Shown here: piece after piece, positions 29,587-38,823 of the stretch | How the letters are laid out: every line of letters starts with the position of its first letter | Position numbering within the stretch: the stretch's first letter is position 1 | Translations under genes and position numbers: made by a program | Notes under the pieces: generated by a model | Databases searched by the model: none | Told to the model about the DNA's origin: nothing | The model's input: only the letters and a program-made list of their open reading frames with translations | NCBI GenBank assembly: GCA_903844895.1 | Contig: CAIMVM010000153.1 | Location: 1,226 to 65,225, forward strand | Origin: an uncultured Pseudomonadota bacterium | GTDB taxonomy: Bacteria; Bdellovibrionota_B; Oligoflexia; Oligoflexales; CAIMVM01 | Direction: 5' to 3' | Length of the DNA stretch: 64,000 nucleotides

Positions 29587-30626
29587 TGATCATCTTAGGA
29601 GTTGAGTCTAGCTGCGATGAAACTGCTCTTGCCCTTGTGCAGGACGGTGAAACCGTACTCTCTTCTAAAATAGCATCTCAAGTTGCTAAACACGCGGTTT
29701 TTGGAGGCGTAGTGCCTGAAGTTGCTGCTAGGGAGCATTTAAAAGCTTTGCCGTTACTTTGGCAAGAGCTGTGGTCTGAGTCGGACTTGAATCCTTCGCA
29801 TATCGATGCCATTGCGGTAACGCGAGGCCCTGGGCTTATTGGGGCAGTTTTAATTGGTGTGGCTTTTGCACGGGGGGCAGCCTTGAGGCTGTCGAAACCC
29901 TTGATTCCCGTAGATCATGTTCACGCCCATTTGCAAGGAGCCCTACTCAGCATTCCAAAGTCCGTAATTCAAAACGACCTGTTTCCCTCGCTCGCACTTG
30001 TGGTGTCTGGGGGGCATACCCATCTCTATAAAATGAATTCGCGGACCTCGACTGAGCTTGTCGGGCAGTCTATTGATGATGCTTGTGGGGAATGTTTCGA
30101 TAAAGTTGGAAAAATACTTGGTCTGCCATTTCCAGGTGGGCCTTGGATTGAAAAGATTGCAAAACATGGAAACCGAAGTCGTTTCCCGATGCCGAAAGTA
30201 TTAGATGACAAATCTAAAGTTCAGTTTTCCTATTCTGGACTAAAAACCCATGCTTTAAATCATTGGCGCAAGCTACAGAATGAAGGTCTTGCTGATGACC
30301 AAGCAAAATCGGACGTAGCGTCCTCGTTTCAAGAAGAGGCGCTAGGCCAGATTGTTAGAAAACTACAACAAGCTCGAAAGCTTTATCCTGAAACTAGATC
30401 AGTAATTGTTGCAGGGGGAGTTTCTGCAAACAATAGGTTTAGAGAACTGGTTCAACTTGAGATAGATCTGCCAGTTTACTTCCCAGAGCTAAGGTATTGT
30501 GGAGATAATGCTGCCATGATTGCGGCATTAGGTTATTATGAATATCTCGTATCTGATCCGAGCAAGTTCGCAGCAAAAGCAAATTGGGATGCATACTCCC
30601 GCTATGGAATGGGAGGTCCTCTTTGA
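29586..30626 (+). CDS. tsaD: tRNA N6-adenosine threonylcarbamoyltransferase TsaD
   Basis: It has GVESSCDETA, VDHVHAHL and SGGHT motifs. The start overlaps the preceding stop (TAATGA). Confidence 0.9.
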   Translation: MIILGVESSCDETALALVQDGETVLSSKIASQVAKHAVFGGVVPEVAAREHLKALPLLWQELWSESDLNPSHIDAIAVTRGPGLIGAVLIGVAFARGAALRLSKPLIPVDHVHAHLQGALLSIPKSVIQNDLFPSLALVVSGGHTHLYKMNSRTSTELVGQSIDDACGECFDKVGKILGLPFPGGPWIEKIAKHGNRSRFPMPKVLDDKSKVQFSYSGLKTHALNHWRKLQNEGLADDQAKSDVASSFQEEALGQIVRKLQQARKLYPETRSVIVAGGVSANNRFRELVQLEIDLPVYFPELRYCGDNAAMIAALGYYEYLVSDPSKFAAKANWDAYSRYGMGGPL

Positions 30627-31432
30627 GAAAGCCGTTCGTATATCAAAAAAAATCCCTTGGACAAGTCTTTTTAAAAGAGGAATGGCCCTGTCTTAAAATG
30701 ACCGAACTTTTGAAAGAAGAATCCATTGACCATGTGCTCGAAATTGGCCCAGGAGCTGGAGTTCTCACGAAGCACCTAGTAAAAGCTGGATTTCATGTGA
30801 CCGCAGTGGAAAAAGATACACGCTTTTTCGAACTGCTTCTTAGCATGAAAGAGGAGATGACTAAGTCTTCACAAGGTTCAGTAGAGTTTGTCAATTCAGA
30901 TATTTTAAAGTTTGATTTAAAAACTTGGCTTGAAAGCAAGCGTGGTAATGTCGCCATATGTGGCAATATACCTTATAATATTTCGACTCCGATTCTGAGA
31001 TCTGTTTTACCTTTACTCGGTCGCGTCAAATATATTTCCTTTTTAGTTCAGTTTGAATTTGCTGCGCGAGTGGCTGCTGCCGTAAATACAGAAGACTATG
31101 GATCTCTTTCTGTGTTCACTCAATTGAGATCTAACCCGAAACTCGAATTTATGGTTAAGAATACTTGTTTTTCTCCTGTTCCAAAAGTTCACTCAGCGGT
31201 GCTATCTCTAAGGCATTTGGCTACTATGGAGTCACCATCTGTATTAGAAAAAACAGAAATCGTAACGAGACAGGCATTCACTCAGCGTAGAAAAATGATG
31301 TCGAATGCTATTTCTAATTTTATAAAGCCCGAGACTAATATTTCCGACCTTGGCTTTCCTCTTACCGCTAGGGCAGAAACCATTAGTCCAAAAATGTGGG
31401 TGCATTTAGCTAAAGTTCTATTTCCAGACTAA
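30623..31432 (+). CDS. rsmA: 16S rRNA (adenine1518/1519-N6)-dimethyltransferase RsmA/KsgA
   Basis: It has KKSLGQVFL, EIGPGAGVLT and NIPYNIS motifs. TTG 30623 is preceded by GGGAGG and overlaps the tsaD stop (TTGA). The track start 30584 is also TTG but lacks an RBS. Confidence 0.85.
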   Translation: MRKPFVYQKKSLGQVFLKEEWPCLKMTELLKEESIDHVLEIGPGAGVLTKHLVKAGFHVTAVEKDTRFFELLLSMKEEMTKSSQGSVEFVNSDILKFDLKTWLESKRGNVAICGNIPYNISTPILRSVLPLLGRVKYISFLVQFEFAARVAAAVNTEDYGSLSVFTQLRSNPKLEFMVKNTCFSPVPKVHSAVLSLRHLATMESPSVLEKTEIVTRQAFTQRRKMMSNAISNFIKPETNISDLGFPLTARAETISPKMWVHLAKVLFPD

Positions 31433-31761
31433 AGTGATGGAAACCTAGGCCACTAAACTGTTACATGACAGTTCTGTTTTCCCATCACATGGCAAAGTCT
31501 ATTTCAGAAATCCTTTGAAATAGGAAGTTGTTGCCGAGTCATTGAGGATAAGTTGCGCCCGTCAAAGGGCGCTTTGAAGTCATGATGTGATTGTCAGATT
31601 TCTTGATTTAAGTTGCTACTTGTCGATCATTGCTTTTGGTATTTCGGCTCAGTATGATCATAGAGCTACTCTAATTCCGCTTTGGCGAGGTAGGTCTAGT
31701 TTGTTGGGGATGGCCGCTATACCTAAAAGTCCTGTATTTTTTTAAGATAAGAGAGGCTCAA

Positions 31762-32715
31762 GTGGCATTTAGCGAGCTAGAAAAACTGAATAGGTTTATA
31801 GAACAGGCTCCCGAATTTTGTACTTCGGAATGCCTTGGGCATGTAACAGCCAAGGGGGTTTCACTCCCTATTTATAGTCTTACTATCGGTCCAAAGGATC
31901 CCGCCTTGCCGACCTTTGGCTTGTTCGGGGGTGTGCATGGCTTAGAAAAAATCGGCAGCCACATTATCATCAACTATTTTAAATTCTTGTCCAAGCAACT
32001 TCTTTGGGACAAGTCTCTTCAAGATCTATTCAAAGTTTCGAGACTCGTATCTATTCCTATAGTAAACCCAGGAGGTATGTACTTAAATCGAAGATCGAAC
32101 CCAAATGGTGTCGATTTGATGCGAAATGCCCCAATCGAGGGTGAAGGAAGCAAGTGGAATCTCGTTTCGGGACAGCGACTGTCTTCCTATCTTCCTTGGT
32201 TTCGAGGGCACCCTGAAAAAGGCATGGAATTTGAAAACACAATATTGGTAGACTTTGTTAAAAAACACATGTTTTCTGCGCCATTTTCAATGGCGCTAGA
32301 TATTCACAGCGGATTTGGTATGAGAGATCGTCTGTGGTATCCCTATTCAAAAACACGAAAACCTTTTCCTTTATTAAGTAGCATTGAGAAAATCGAGAGC
32401 AGATATCGCGACAGCCTCCCCTATAGCCGTTATCTCATGGAGCCACAATCCAGCTCCTATTTGATTAATGGAGACATTTGGGATTACTTATTTGATCTGC
32501 ACCATCAAAGTTCTGCAAGCGACAAAGTTTTTTTGCCGTGGTGTTTAGAGCTTGGGTCTTGGATTTGGGTAAAAAAGAATCCCTTGCAAGCTTTCGATCC
32601 AAAAGGATACTTTAATCCCATTCTTCCTCACCGCTATGACCGCGTGATGCGAAGTCACCGTGATCTTATCGATTTGTTTCATAAAATCACGGTCTTTCAT
32701 GAGGGAGTTATTTGA
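31762..32715 (+). CDS. M14-like zinc carboxypeptidase family protein (DUF2817-like)
   Basis: GTG start. It has GGVHGLEKIG (HxxE zinc site) and DIHSGFG (distal His). Confidence 0.55.
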   Translation: MAFSELEKLNRFIEQAPEFCTSECLGHVTAKGVSLPIYSLTIGPKDPALPTFGLFGGVHGLEKIGSHIIINYFKFLSKQLLWDKSLQDLFKVSRLVSIPIVNPGGMYLNRRSNPNGVDLMRNAPIEGEGSKWNLVSGQRLSSYLPWFRGHPEKGMEFENTILVDFVKKHMFSAPFSMALDIHSGFGMRDRLWYPYSKTRKPFPLLSSIEKIESRYRDSLPYSRYLMEPQSSSYLINGDIWDYLFDLHHQSSASDKVFLPWCLELGSWIWVKKNPLQAFDPKGYFNPILPHRYDRVMRSHRDLIDLFHKITVFHEGVI

Positions 32716-32716
32716 C

Positions 32717-33466
32717 ATGAACTGGCTTTTACTTAGGGGTCTTTCCCGGCAAGCCTGCCATTGGGGGAGCTTTACTTCAAAACTTGAGACGCATAGTAGC
32801 CGTGATGTGTTGGCTTTAGATTTGCCAGGATTTGGCACTGCATCAGAGCATAAGTCACCGCTGGCTATGAGGGAAATTGTCGAATTTTTGAGGCCGCAGT
32901 TTTTAAATGCACCCAGCCACCAAAAGCCTTGGAGTCTCCTCGGATTATCCTTTGGCGGTATGGTTGCTCTCGAATGGCTGCGTTTATATCCCAATGATTT
33001 TAGGACATGTGTAGTCATTAACAGCAGTCTCGCCGGAATCTGTTCCATAAACGAACGCATTACAAATTATGGCAAACTCGTTCTTCTAAAGTGCCTCCTG
33101 TTGGCTCCTCCCATAAAGAAAGAAAGACTCATTCTGACGCTTACTTCAAGTAAGCATTTAGCAGACGCAGACCTGTTAGCAAGCTGGGAGGCTATAGAAA
33201 GGCATCACCCCACAAGAAATCTAGAAGTGCTTAAACAGCTCTTGATTTCATCGCAATATAGAGGTCCTCAAAAAATAACGACACCTCTGTTGGTTCTTTC
33301 AAGTCAGAAGGATCAACTCGTCAACCCTAATTGTTCAGCTAGGATAGCCCAAAAGTTTGGAGCCGCCCACTTTGTTCATCCCGAATCGGGACATGACTTG
33401 CCTTTAGATGCTCCAGAGTGGGTGATAGAAAAAATAAGTTATTTTGCCAGCTCTCATGTTCCATGA
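32717..33466 (+). CDS. alpha/beta hydrolase
   Basis: ATG 32717 follows GAGGGAG. It has a GLSFGG nucleophile elbow, and the C-terminal HPESGHD supplies the catalytic His. Confidence 0.7.
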   Translation: MNWLLLRGLSRQACHWGSFTSKLETHSSRDVLALDLPGFGTASEHKSPLAMREIVEFLRPQFLNAPSHQKPWSLLGLSFGGMVALEWLRLYPNDFRTCVVINSSLAGICSINERITNYGKLVLLKCLLLAPPIKKERLILTLTSSKHLADADLLASWEAIERHHPTRNLEVLKQLLISSQYRGPQKITTPLLVLSSQKDQLVNPNCSARIAQKFGAAHFVHPESGHDLPLDAPEWVIEKISYFASSHVP

Positions 33467-33639
33467 CGCAGTCTGAAGACCAATATCTTTACAACTAGAT
33501 TTAGACTTTTGAGTTTAGATTTACATTCGTGACTCATGGAGATGGATGTTTTTTAGGGCTTGTGCGCTGCAACCCTTTGGAGAAGCATCGCTCCTACCAA
33601 GGGGTTCAACATGCATGTAAAGGATCTCAAAAGGCAATT

Positions 33640-34614
33640 CTAGACAGGTGTTGTCAATTTTCCCTGTGCTTTGACCAAATCTGCAACACTTCCAAAAGAG
33701 GAGAGAGCGGTTGAGGCTTCATAGGGAAGAAATACCTTGTCTCCCGGCTTTTGACTAAATCGATCCAAGGTTTCTAAGTACTGAGTGGCAATTAAGAATT
33801 TAGCGGAAAGTTCCGCATTTCCAGAAAAGCCAAGGGTGATTTCTTGAATGGCTTTCTTTTTTGCCTCTGCAACACGAATGATGGCCTGGGCTTCACCTTC
33901 AGCGTTGAGGATTCGCCCTTCTTTATCGCCGGTTGCCAAGTTTACTTGTTCTTGTCTTAGACCTTCAGAGCGTTGGATTCTAGCTTGTTTGTCGCCTTCA
34001 GCTTCAAGGACTTTAGCTCTTCTCTCTCGTTCCGCTTGCATTTGTTTTTCCATGGCACTTTGAATCTCAACGGGTGGAAAAATATTCTTGAGTTCTACGC
34101 GAACCACTTTTGCACCCCATTTGTCAGTGGCATCATCAAGGATGAGTTTCAGTTTGGCATTTATGGTGTCTCTGGAAGAAAGAGTCTCATCGAGATCCAT
34201 CTCCCCGATGACGTTTCTTAGGGAGGTCTGCGCAAGCTGGGCGACGCCGGCTGGTAGGTTTGCAATCATATAAGCAGCTTTTTTAATGTCCGTAATTTGA
34301 ATATAAAGAAGAGCATCAATTTGAATAGCTACATTGTCTTTTGTAATGACCGCTTGTGCGGGGATGTCTAAAACCGCTTCACGTAAGTCAACGGTTTCAG
34401 CAGGCCTAACAAATCCATTTACAATCCAAAAAATAGATCTGGGTTGGTCAATAAAAGGCAAAATGACGTTAAAACCTGAATTTAATATTGTGTGAAATTT
34501 CCCTAATCTTTCGACCACAATACACTCACCCTGCCTGACGATGCGGATTCCTTTTGCGCCAATTAAAATAGCTAATCCTAATATGGCTAAACTTGCTAAT
34601 GTACCGAAATCCAT
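33640..34614 (-). CDS. SPFH/band-7 (stomatin/prohibitin-like) protein
   Basis: It has an N-terminal TM segment, an SPFH core (GECIVVERLGKF...) and an Ala/Glu-rich coiled coil. Confidence 0.85.
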   Translation of the reverse strand: MDFGTLASLAILGLAILIGAKGIRIVRQGECIVVERLGKFHTILNSGFNVILPFIDQPRSIFWIVNGFVRPAETVDLREAVLDIPAQAVITKDNVAIQIDALLYIQITDIKKAAYMIANLPAGVAQLAQTSLRNVIGEMDLDETLSSRDTINAKLKLILDDATDKWGAKVVRVELKNIFPPVEIQSAMEKQMQAERERRAKVLEAEGDKQARIQRSEGLRQEQVNLATGDKEGRILNAEGEAQAIIRVAEAKKKAIQEITLGFSGNAELSAKFLIATQYLETLDRFSQKPGDKVFLPYEASTALSSFGSVADLVKAQGKLTTPV

Positions 34615-34616
34615 AC

Positions 34617-35051
34617 TTACTCCTTGATTTTCTTAATGACGAGTTTATTACCATTCATAGCTACAATGCGGGCTGCCTCCCCAGCCACAAATTGATCTTT
34701 CGCGTCCTCTGGGACTACGGCCCAGGATTCACCGTAAATCTTTCCATAAGGTCTTCCCTGGTTGTGGGGGTCACTTTCTAGGATTATCTCTTTACCAATT
34801 AGGTCTTCGACAGGATTTTTCTGCACCATGTCGCTTTTCCTAAAATATTTTCGGAAAACATAAACCGAAATGATCACCAAAATAGCGGTAATGACATGCA
34901 TTACAGGGCGATTACTTATAAACAAAGAAAAGGGGGCGGAAATCAGAAAGGCTACTCCAACAGGCAGCATAAAGAAGCCTGATAGGATGATTTCAAGTCC
35001 GACTAAAACAATCCCTATAAATACATAGTAAGGCCAATATTCCGGGGTCAT
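34617..35051 (-). CDS. NfeD family membrane protein
   Basis: It has three TM segments and a C-terminal OB-like domain, and lies directly upstream of the SPFH gene in the classic NfeD-SPFH operon arrangement. Confidence 0.8.
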   Translation of the reverse strand: MTPEYWPYYVFIGIVLVGLEIILSGFFMLPVGVAFLISAPFSLFISNRPVMHVITAILVIISVYVFRKYFRKSDMVQKNPVEDLIGKEIILESDPHNQGRPYGKIYGESWAVVPEDAKDQFVAGEAARIVAMNGNKLVIKKIKE

Positions 35052-35153
35052 TCTGAGTCCTTTTTAAAAATGAAACAGCAAGTTACGTTAGAACTCTTAT
35101 TTCTTCTAAGCACATTCTACCCGAAGATACGCTTCATAGACCGTAGGACTTTC

Positions 35154-35504
35154 CTATAGGGCTCCATGATTGGACCCACCATCAGGAGTGTACTGGTCTT
35201 GAAAGCTTAAATCGATAGTAACGTTGTGTTGACCTGATATTTTTGCTCTACAAGCTAATCTAATAGAGCCGTTTGACGCATCTAGCCCCATTCGTTCTAG
35301 GAGAGCCTTCTCGTCTCGGCCCATACTTATTAAGGCATCAGGTTCTAGAACCTTTATTCCACAGGTGCCGCAGCGACAAGAAGCACATCCAAATCTCATC
35401 TTGATTTTAGCCTTCACGGCTGCACTCAAGATTTTGGTCTGAGCTTCCTGATTTGACAGCTTTTGCTCCGAGCCATCTGGGAATTTAAAAGTTATGTCAC
35501 TCAT
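35154..35504 (-). CDS. [2Fe-2S] ferredoxin-like protein
   Basis: It has C-x4-C-x2-C (CASCRCGTC) plus a distal Cys (LACRA). Its start overlaps the dapD stop by 4 nt. Confidence 0.7.
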   Translation of the reverse strand: MSDITFKFPDGSEQKLSNQEAQTKILSAAVKAKIKMRFGCASCRCGTCGIKVLEPDALISMGRDEKALLERMGLDASNGSIRLACRAKISGQHNVTIDLSFQDQYTPDGGSNHGAL

Positions 35505-36316
35505 ACCGAAAGAGAAAATTCTCTTAAAACTTCATTTAAAGATGTTTTCTTATCTGTGGATTCTTTTCGATTGCCGATAATATACGCACAAGCTAGGTGA
35601 ATCTTACCGCCAGCAACTTCCTTCTCTCTCGTTCCAGGGACCACTACAGAACCAGCTGGGACATGTCCTTTTAGAACCTTGTGCTCGGGTGTGCGCACAT
35701 CAATAATAGGAGTGGAAGACGTTAGGGTGACATTGGCAGCAATGACGGCATCTTGACCAATGCGCACTCCCTCAACAATAATGGCTCGGGATCCTATAAA
35801 GGCATTGTCTTCCACAATAACAGGCGTAGCTGATGCGGGCTCTAAAACCCCCCCAATCCCGACACCGCCAGAAAGATGGACATTTTTACCAATTTGACCA
35901 CAACTGCCCACCGTGGCCCAGGTGTCGACCATGGTTCCAGCTCCTATATAGGCTCCGATATTGACGTATGAAGGCATGAGCACAACGCCTGGTTCCATAA
36001 ATGTGCCAATACGCGCTACCGCTGGAGGTACAACGCGAACATTGAGGTCTTTATAATTGGTCTTAAGGGGAATTTTGTCATGATAGGAATAGGGACCAAC
36101 TTCAAATGCCGCCATAGGTGCAATCTTAAAATAAAGTAAAATCGCATTTTTAATCCAAGAGTGAGTGATCCACTCATCTCCCTTTTTTTCAGCAACTCTG
36201 ATTTTGCCAACATCTAAGAGATGTATGGTTTGATGGATGGCGTCTTCATACCTTTTAAGGTCAGACGTATTGAGTAGAGCTTCTTCTATGGCGCTCTTTA
36301 ATTCTGTGGGTATCAT
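35501..36316 (-). CDS. dapD: 2,3,4,5-tetrahydropyridine-2,6-dicarboxylate N-succinyltransferase
   Basis: 271 aa with hexapeptide repeats and the typical DapD N-terminal domain (IRVAEK..GEW..H.W.K.AILL). Confidence 0.88.
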   Translation of the reverse strand: MIPTELKSAIEEALLNTSDLKRYEDAIHQTIHLLDVGKIRVAEKKGDEWITHSWIKNAILLYFKIAPMAAFEVGPYSYHDKIPLKTNYKDLNVRVVPPAVARIGTFMEPGVVLMPSYVNIGAYIGAGTMVDTWATVGSCGQIGKNVHLSGGVGIGGVLEPASATPVIVEDNAFIGSRAIIVEGVRIGQDAVIAANVTLTSSTPIIDVRTPEHKVLKGHVPAGSVVVPGTREKEVAGGKIHLACAYIIGNRKESTDKKTSLNEVLREFSLSV

Positions 36317-37512
36317 ATCGATCTCCGAATAAATTTTTCGATCAGGTTCATAGCTTCTGCTGTTTCTTCTAACTCAGGAACTAAGGCGAGACGGAAATAG
36401 CCAGAGCTTTTTTCTCCTAACCATTTCGCAGGGCTTGTTATGACGCCCTCTTCTGCCAGATCCAAGCAAAACTTAACATCATCACCCTTAAATTTAGAAG
36501 GAATCTTAGCCCAAAGGTAGAAAGTTGAAGTGGGACATGCATGCTCAATTCCTAGGCCATGCAACGCTTGCGAAGCAAAATGCACTCTTTCAGTAAAGAT
36601 TTTGCGTCGTTGAGCCACGTGCTCATCATCGTTCCACGCGACAACGGCTCCGTGTTGAACATAAGTTGGGCATGCAACTCCGAAGTTAGCCCGCGCTTTC
36701 AAATGAGGCTCAAGGATCCGTCGATCCCCTGCCATCATGCCCGCTCGATAACCAGTCAGGCCTGATCTTTTTGAAAGAGACATAAACGAAATCACTCTGT
36801 CTGTCGAGTACATGAGGGGGGTGAGTGGCCTTAAATGCTGTTGTGAAGGGTCATCAAATCCAGAATCGTAAATATCGACATAACAATCGTCAGACAGCAG
36901 AATAACATCTTTTTGGTGGCACCAATCGATGAGGTTCAGCCAATAAGCCTTATCCACGTTGGCACCTGTCGGGTTGTGGGGATAGTTTGCCCATATTGCG
37001 GCGGCATTATTTTGAACATCTAAAGGAAGATTCCAGGGTTCCAGTTTAAACCCATTACTCTCCGTTAAGCTTACGGGATAGGGAGTTCCACCAGCAAATA
37101 GGGCAGAAGAACGATACACGGGATAAGCTGGATCTCCGTAAATAAGGATTTTTTTACCCTGACGTCCGATCAACGATAGAGCGATATGGAAAATAGATTC
37201 TTTTGATCCCTTTGAGGGCACCGTCATCAACCCTGCTGAGTCTTCAATGCCGAATCTTTTCTTTAAGTACGAGAGATGAGCTTTTTCGAGCTCTGGAATG
37301 CCCCTTACGGAAGGATAGCTAGAATAGGAACCCATATGAGATTTCATGGCATCGACCATCGGTTGCCAAACAGGTATCTGGGGGTCACCAGTACCAAAAT
37401 CAAAGACTTTTTTTTGCTCTTTTAAAAGCCGAAGTCGAATCTTAGTGAGCTCTTCCATAGGGTATGGCTCTAACGAAGCATTTACCGTGTTTATCAGTAG
37501 ATCCTGATTCAT
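36313..37512 (-). CDS. class I/II aminotransferase (probable succinyldiaminopimelate/DAP-pathway aminotransferase)
   Basis: It has the PLP lysine motif SLSKRSGLTGYRAG and is translationally coupled to dapD. The start is set at ATG 37512. Confidence 0.75.
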   Translation of the reverse strand: MNQDLLINTVNASLEPYPMEELTKIRLRLLKEQKKVFDFGTGDPQIPVWQPMVDAMKSHMGSYSSYPSVRGIPELEKAHLSYLKKRFGIEDSAGLMTVPSKGSKESIFHIALSLIGRQGKKILIYGDPAYPVYRSSALFAGGTPYPVSLTESNGFKLEPWNLPLDVQNNAAAIWANYPHNPTGANVDKAYWLNLIDWCHQKDVILLSDDCYVDIYDSGFDDPSQQHLRPLTPLMYSTDRVISFMSLSKRSGLTGYRAGMMAGDRRILEPHLKARANFGVACPTYVQHGAVVAWNDDEHVAQRRKIFTERVHFASQALHGLGIEHACPTSTFYLWAKIPSKFKGDDVKFCLDLAEEGVITSPAKWLGEKSSGYFRLALVPELEETAEAMNLIEKFIRRSI

Positions 37513-38092
37513 AAAACCGCCTCGGCATTTAAATAAAGCCAATTCTAAACAGAACTAGGCCACTTGTACCAGTAAAAAAGAACTTTTAAAATGTATCTTC
37601 CTTCAAATCGCAGCTTGTTTCCAATGATCACCCTTTTCAAGTTCTCTTCTAAGTTCCTAAAAACCAAAATTTGAAGTAGGTCCGGAAAGCTTGTGGTTTT
37701 TAAGCAAAGCAGAAATGCTCCCATCTTCGATTCCTAAACTTTTATAACTGGGACTCCTTCTTCCGCGGCCCCCATCCGCCAGAAACGTGCTGCTGATCAG
37801 GTTGCAATGTGTTTTGGCTTGAGTTCGAATTTTTGGTGCGAAAAGCACAAAGAATCCTCTAGAGACATACAACTGACAGGAACCTTTGATTTGTATGGTT
37901 TTCTGTCAAGTCTTTTTAAAGTTCTTATGTCTTTTTTTACAGGAAGCCCTTGAGGAAAAGAAGGCAAATGATCAAGTTTGCGTAAGTTTTTGGTCCACTG
38001 CTTTAGCCCCCATGAATACTACCTGGGTCCATGTCAATTGGCATCTAAGAGAGTGATTTTCTGTAATGAATTATCGTGACCTTAGACATTCC

Positions 38093-38121
38093 AAAAAAAT
38101 AAGGGCCTAGATTTTAGGCCC
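38093..38121 (-). terminator. rho-independent terminator of the 38200..38538 gene
   Basis: The minus strand reads GGGCCT-AAAATCT-AGGCCC followed by TTATTTTTTT. Confidence 0.5.
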
Positions 38122-38199
38122 TAACTCATGAAATGGAGTCTCTTGTCTGTAAAAGGCTGAGCGTTTCGCCTCAAATAAGTCCTAGGACTTAAATAAGTT

Positions 38200-38538
38200 T
38201 TACTCGAAAAAAAGTACGTTTCTAGGAGTCATCCCAATACTTACTGTGTTGTTCGCATTGCACCCAAAGTTATTTGGGAACAAAACGAGATCAGTCCATC
38301 CTGGGCGCTGATTTACAAGCTGTCTTGTATTCATTTGCGCTAGGATCTGTCCATTATTAATAGTGGAGATAGGTGTCAAAAACCTTGCGGCAACGTTGAT
38401 GGGAGATCGATTTAAAAAAATCTGAAGGTTAAACGGAGTTGGATTGTTAATGCATACAAAGCTAGGGCTTGGGTAAGGATTGCTGTATCCGTTCATGGAA
38501 AAACCCAAAAGTAACGATATTGCAAATAATAGCTTCAT
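38200..38538 (-). CDS. small secreted protein of unknown function
   Basis: 112 aa with a signal peptide (MKLLFAISLLLGFSMNG) and a terminator downstream. Confidence 0.5.
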   Translation of the reverse strand: MKLLFAISLLLGFSMNGYSNPYPSPSFVCINNPTPFNLQIFLNRSPINVAARFLTPISTINNGQILAQMNTRQLVNQRPGWTDLVLFPNNFGCNANNTVSIGMTPRNVLFFE

Positions 38539-38823
38539 TTCTTATCTCCTTTTTTTGAATTCATATGGTCATTACTATTATGCCCGCATTAGCCTTTGTC
38601 AATCGAAAGCAAGACAACGCTCAATAAGTCATCATCCAAACCCGCCTCCATGAGGGGCTTACGCGGCGGATGAGTCGCTCCTTTCACCTGCGGCTCTTCA
38701 GGCCGACATTTTGACATGGTTAAGCTGACATGAGGCTCGACCGCGAAGAAAAACCCCCTGCCAGAATTTCTTCGTGCCAGGGAGGTTCAAGGTTATCTAA
38801 AATGAATAAGGAATCAAATTGTT

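Noticed and set aside
37660-37760. An SRP (4.5S) RNA-like motif: GGTCCGGAAAGC on the + strand and GCCGCGGAAGAAGGAG on the minus strand.
   Set aside because: The sequences flanking the GGAA do not form the conserved helix-8 pairing or its symmetric and asymmetric loops when folded by hand. An Infernal scan would be needed before any call.
37657-37872. A 71-aa ORF on the minus strand in the 37.5-38.2 kb gap.
   Set aside because: It has no RBS, its composition is odd and it matches no family. I treat it as non-coding and report the gap itself as a low-interest finding.
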